A DNA stretch of 64,000 nucleotides from the NCBI GenBank assembly GCA_002189035.1, contig NEEC01000007.1, forward strand, positions 186,001 to 250,000, given 5' to 3'. The translations under genes were made by a program, and so were the position numbers. The notes beneath the pieces were generated by a model, which was not told the DNA's origin, did no database searches, and saw nothing but the letters and a program-made list of their open reading frames with translations. This DNA is from Utricularia gibba (lineage: Eukaryota > Plantae > Magnoliophyta). Positions 62,257 through 64,000 of this stretch are shown here, in pieces; positions within the stretch are counted from its first letter, which is position 1; every line of letters starts with the position of its first letter.

Positions 62257-63500
62257 GTACATGCCCTTCACCTTTCCTACTCTTTCTCTTCATTTGAAGA
62301 GTAGTCTTTCCAAAGAAATTTGTAAAATCTCCTGAATGGAATGTGGAAGATGATGGGGTACATCAGTTTAAGTTGGACATGGTGGTAATTTCTCATCCTT
62401 GTGTCTGTATCCAGACCTACTAAATGTTTTGACAAGAATGTCATGAGAAGATGCATTAGCCTTTCAGGAGGCTGTGCTAGGCGCTGACAAATTTAGTGAT
62501 GCAATAATAGGATGGATAGCAGCAGCTATGGAAGTCAACTACAAAAATGTGTGTAGCCCGCGGTAGAGTGACGGAGTCGGTAGATGGGCCCCCCATACAC
62601 CAAATAAAATTAGGTTTAATCTTCTTTTTTGTTTTATTTAGATAATGAATCAATTTATTATAAAATTATGAAACCTAATTTAAAAAATTGTGGAATTTAA
62701 ATTGAATTGAATGTAGTTGATTTTCCTTTATAACACTTAGTTGGAATTTTTAAATATTTGATTTTCGTGTGAGAATTCTTTTTGCATCGTCTTAGGTATG
62801 TGACAGAAATGCCCCTGAAAGTAAAGGCGATTCTTTTTTAATTTGGGGATTAAAATATGAATATGTTTTTCCAAAAAGGCAGGTCCGGTCCAACTGGGGT
62901 TCGGTTGGAAAGGACAGCGACAACAGAGAGGGTACGAGTGATGCCACGCGCGTGGCATAACCGTAATAAGTGCCCAATCTGGGGGCATATGTTCCCTTTG
63001 AACAAACACCCAACACTAATATTTTTCGCCCAACACGCTCTAGCTAGGAGCTGCGAGGCCAGGTCAGGGAGAACAAGTCCTATGCCAAATCGATTCAAGA
63101 TTCTACTGCTGCAAAACCCGCTCCAAGGAAATGGAGATCTGAATCTTGGTACCCTCCGCTCTGCTTCTTCTTCTTCGTTGCGGGTGCTTGTTGTTTATTG
63201 ATTTCAAACACCTTGCGTTCGACGCTAATTTCGGGTTAATTCCGTTATCTTGACTTGTCTTTTTGGTGCGTATTGATTAGTCGAGCATGGCGGAGGGCCT
63301 GAAGGCAAATGGGTTTTTGTCCGTATGAATTCTTGGCTGTAAAGTCGGGAGCTTTCTTGGGGTGGCTCCTGTTGCCTATTTTTTCTGGCGCTGTAATGTT
63401 GGTCACTCTGGAATTCACTTAAGAATTCGCGTCTCGGGGTTCTGGATTTTCGTGTAGAGGAACTGACTGACCGTAGTGTGTTGATATATAGAAAAATTTG

Positions 63501-64000
63501 ATGGAGGATATTTCCAAGTATGCACACAGTCCTGCCCATTTGGCAGTTTTGCACCGTGACTATGCTACCTTGAAGGGTATAGTCGCAGCTCTCCCTCGTC
63601 TAGCGAAGGCGGGGAAGTAACCACGGAGTCCGAGTCTATAGCTGCTGAGAAGGATGCAGATGCGGTGTCTGCGGTGATTGATAGGAGGGATGTACCTGGG
63701 AGAGAGACTCCTTTGCACCTTGCTGTGAAATTGCGTGATCCGGTTTCAGCTGAGATTCTAATGGCTGCTGGTGCTGACTGGAGCCTACAAAATGAGAATG
63801 GATGGAGTTCACTGCAGGAGGCAGTATGTACCAAGGAAGAGGGCATTGCGATGATCATTGCTCGGCATTATCAACCTCTTGCTTGGGCAAAGTGGTGCCG
63901 CAGGCTTCCCAGGATAGTGGCATCGGCGGCTCGAATTCGGGATTTCTACATGGAGATTAGTTTCCATTTTGAGAGCTCTGTAATACCATTCATTGGAAGA
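63501..64000 (+). CDS. ANKRD13-like ankyrin-repeat protein, 5' part; one apparent 1-nt frameshift
   Basis: MEDISKYAHSPAHLAV...LPRLAKAG[E]VTTE...IDRRDVPGRETPLHLAV...DWSLQNENGWSSLQEAVC...AKWCRRLPR...RDFYMEISFHFESSVIPFIGR. It needs the G4 at 63611-63614 to be G5, and it runs off the window. Confidence 0.88.

Overview
Very gene-dense nuclear DNA of a flowering plant, most likely a eudicot with a compact genome; the species cannot be fixed from the sequence. I support 23 protein-coding loci, two of them cut by the window edges. In order they are: an unknown gene (3' end), importin beta-1, a Dof TF, a BCS1-like AAA ATPase, ubiquitin-RPL40, a Cand1-like 7TM protein, a SAUR, an AT5G53620-like coiled-coil protein, PRR5-like, a Nudix-like protein, an AAED1-like thioredoxin-fold protein, a membrane-bound NAC, a small UL92/SKIP31-like Cys/His protein, ATG13, SECRET AGENT, RPS15, an SRRP1-like S1 protein, OEP37, a polygalacturonase, a glycine-rich protein, BPM3-like, SUVH4/KYP and an ANKRD13-like gene (5' end). 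There is also a tRNA-Leu(AAG) and a decayed CCDC86/Cgr1-like pseudogene. I saw no transposon, rRNA or CRISPR array. The strongest window-wide signal is that seven otherwise intact genes each lack exactly one base in a G4-5/C4-5 run. This is most probably systematic homopolymer under-calling in the assembly rather than biology. The best biological leads are the standalone herpes-UL92-like zinc-motif protein, a tRNA that may lie in the terminal intron or 3'UTR of a coiled-coil/LOTUS-like gene, and a uORF plus GC hairpin abutting the 7TM start codon. Family names come from my recall of conserved motifs, not from database searches.
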